A stretch of 64,000 nucleotides of DNA, from the NCBI GenBank assembly GCA_963675595.2, contig CAXXLZ010000001.1, positions 1 through 64,000 of the forward strand, written 5' to 3'. Below, in pieces: positions 63,153-64,000 of this stretch; positions within the stretch are counted from its first letter, which is position 1; each line of letters opens with the position of its first letter. The notes under the pieces were generated by a model. The model made no database searches. It was not told the DNA's origin and worked only from the letters and a program-made list of their open reading frames with translations. This stretch comes from Thermodesulfobacteriota bacterium. Lineage in GTDB: Bacteria; Desulfobacterota; Desulfarculia; JACQYL01. The position numbers and the translations under genes were made by a program.

Positions 63153-64000
63153 ATGAAAAAACGATCACTCAATTGCAAGCTGATTGTTTTTGGAGTCTTA
63201 ATTGTTGTTGTCCCTATGTCGGTCATAGGAGTCTTTTCGATCGTTAGAACTTCCGATTCTCTCGAAACGTTGGCAAAGGGGGGGGCCGTCAACGTAGCCG
63301 TAAACCTGGCCGATATGACTCAGTTGGTTCTGGAGGAGGAACTGAAGATCGCAACAGAACTGAGCCTAACGAATACCACGCTTGCCGCCGCACGCAAAGT
63401 TGCTGAGGTCGGGGTCGACGGTTCCAAGTCCGAGATTGCCGAATTGAGTGGAATGCTGGGCAAGATGTTGAGTAATCGAAGCGAAGGTTATGAAGCCATA
63501 TTGGTAACCGACGCGAATGGTACCGTGTATGCCGATGGGAACAATGGAAAATTTGTAGGTGTTTCTCTTGCGGATCGGAAGTATTTCCAGACGGCCAAGC
63601 AAGGAAAGGCGAACGTGTCGACTCCGGTGAAGTCGAAGCTCACAGGGGGTAATATCGCTCCTGTAAGCGCACCGATCATGTCCGACGACAATCGAGTGCT
63701 CGGGACGTTGACCAACGTTATGCGGATGAAGTTTCTATCGGACAAGATCGTGTCCGTCAAAGTGGGCGAAACGGGGTATCCGTTTATGGTCGACGCCGGC
63801 GGCATGGCCATCGTTCATCCGAACGACAAACATGTTTTGAAAACGAATTTTGCGCAATTGGAAGGGATGAAGGGCATTACCTCGAAGATGCTGGCGCTCG
63901 AAACCGGAGTAGCTTCCTATGCTTTTGAAGGAATCAACAAGATCGCTGCGTTCGCACCGGTACCGCTTACGGGATGGAGCGTCGGTGTGACGCAACCCGT
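63153..64000 (+). CDS. Cache-domain sensor, probably a methyl-accepting chemotaxis protein (runs off the window)
   Basis: Open frame from ATGAAAAAACGA with a TM helix and DRKYFQ, VGETGYPFMVD..HP and GWSVG Cache motifs. Confidence 0.85.
   Translation, partial: MKKRSLNCKLIVFGVLIVVVPMSVIGVFSIVRTSDSLETLAKGGAVNVAVNLADMTQLVLEEELKIATELSLTNTTLAAARKVAEVGVDGSKSEIAELSGMLGKMLSNRSEGYEAILVTDANGTVYADGNNGKFVGVSLADRKYFQTAKQGKANVSTPVKSKLTGGNIAPVSAPIMSDDNRVLGTLTNVMRMKFLSDKIVSVKVGETGYPFMVDAGGMAIVHPNDKHVLKTNFAQLEGMKGITSKMLALETGVASYAFEGINKIAAFAPVPLTGWSVGVTQP

Noticed and set aside
1-64000. CRISPR array, integron cassette array, rRNA, retron or reverse-transcriptase system
   Set aside because: No regularly spaced repeat-spacer units, attC series, rRNA sequence, or cas/RT motifs were seen.

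Overview
GC-rich bacterial chromosomal window. Gene content (sigma-54 activators, hybrid PAS kinases, DUF3786, DUF2284, corrinoid proteins) suggests an anaerobic Desulfobacterota-like organism; this is inference. Many genes, including essential aspS, carry single-base frameshifts, which points to uncorrected long-read indels. In order: aspS; a xanthine-oxidase-family Mo enzyme operon (S-M-L); DegP/Do protease; a PAS sigma-54 activator; DUF2284; an intact IS1634; cbiMNQO; a CsoR-family repressor with a corrinoid methyltransferase cluster (two UroD/MtaA-fold enzymes, CobW-like GTPase, corrinoid protein); EamA; a HEAT-REC protein; tRNA-Asn followed by about 10 kb of accessory and relic DNA; a MarR-MMPL-LolA-like-beta-barrel-methyltransferase operon hit by an IS3; an XRE-cupin regulator and DUF3786; a TonB receptor with a degenerate CcsA/CcsB pair; hybrid kinases, OmpA, a methyltransferase, an NtrC regulator and an MCP running off the end. 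The two best candidates for undescribed systems are (1) the TonB receptor + degenerate CcsBA operon under twin palindromic operators, and (2) the corrinoid/thiol methyltransferase cluster with a CsoR-type operator. All family calls come from motif recognition; no database searches were run.
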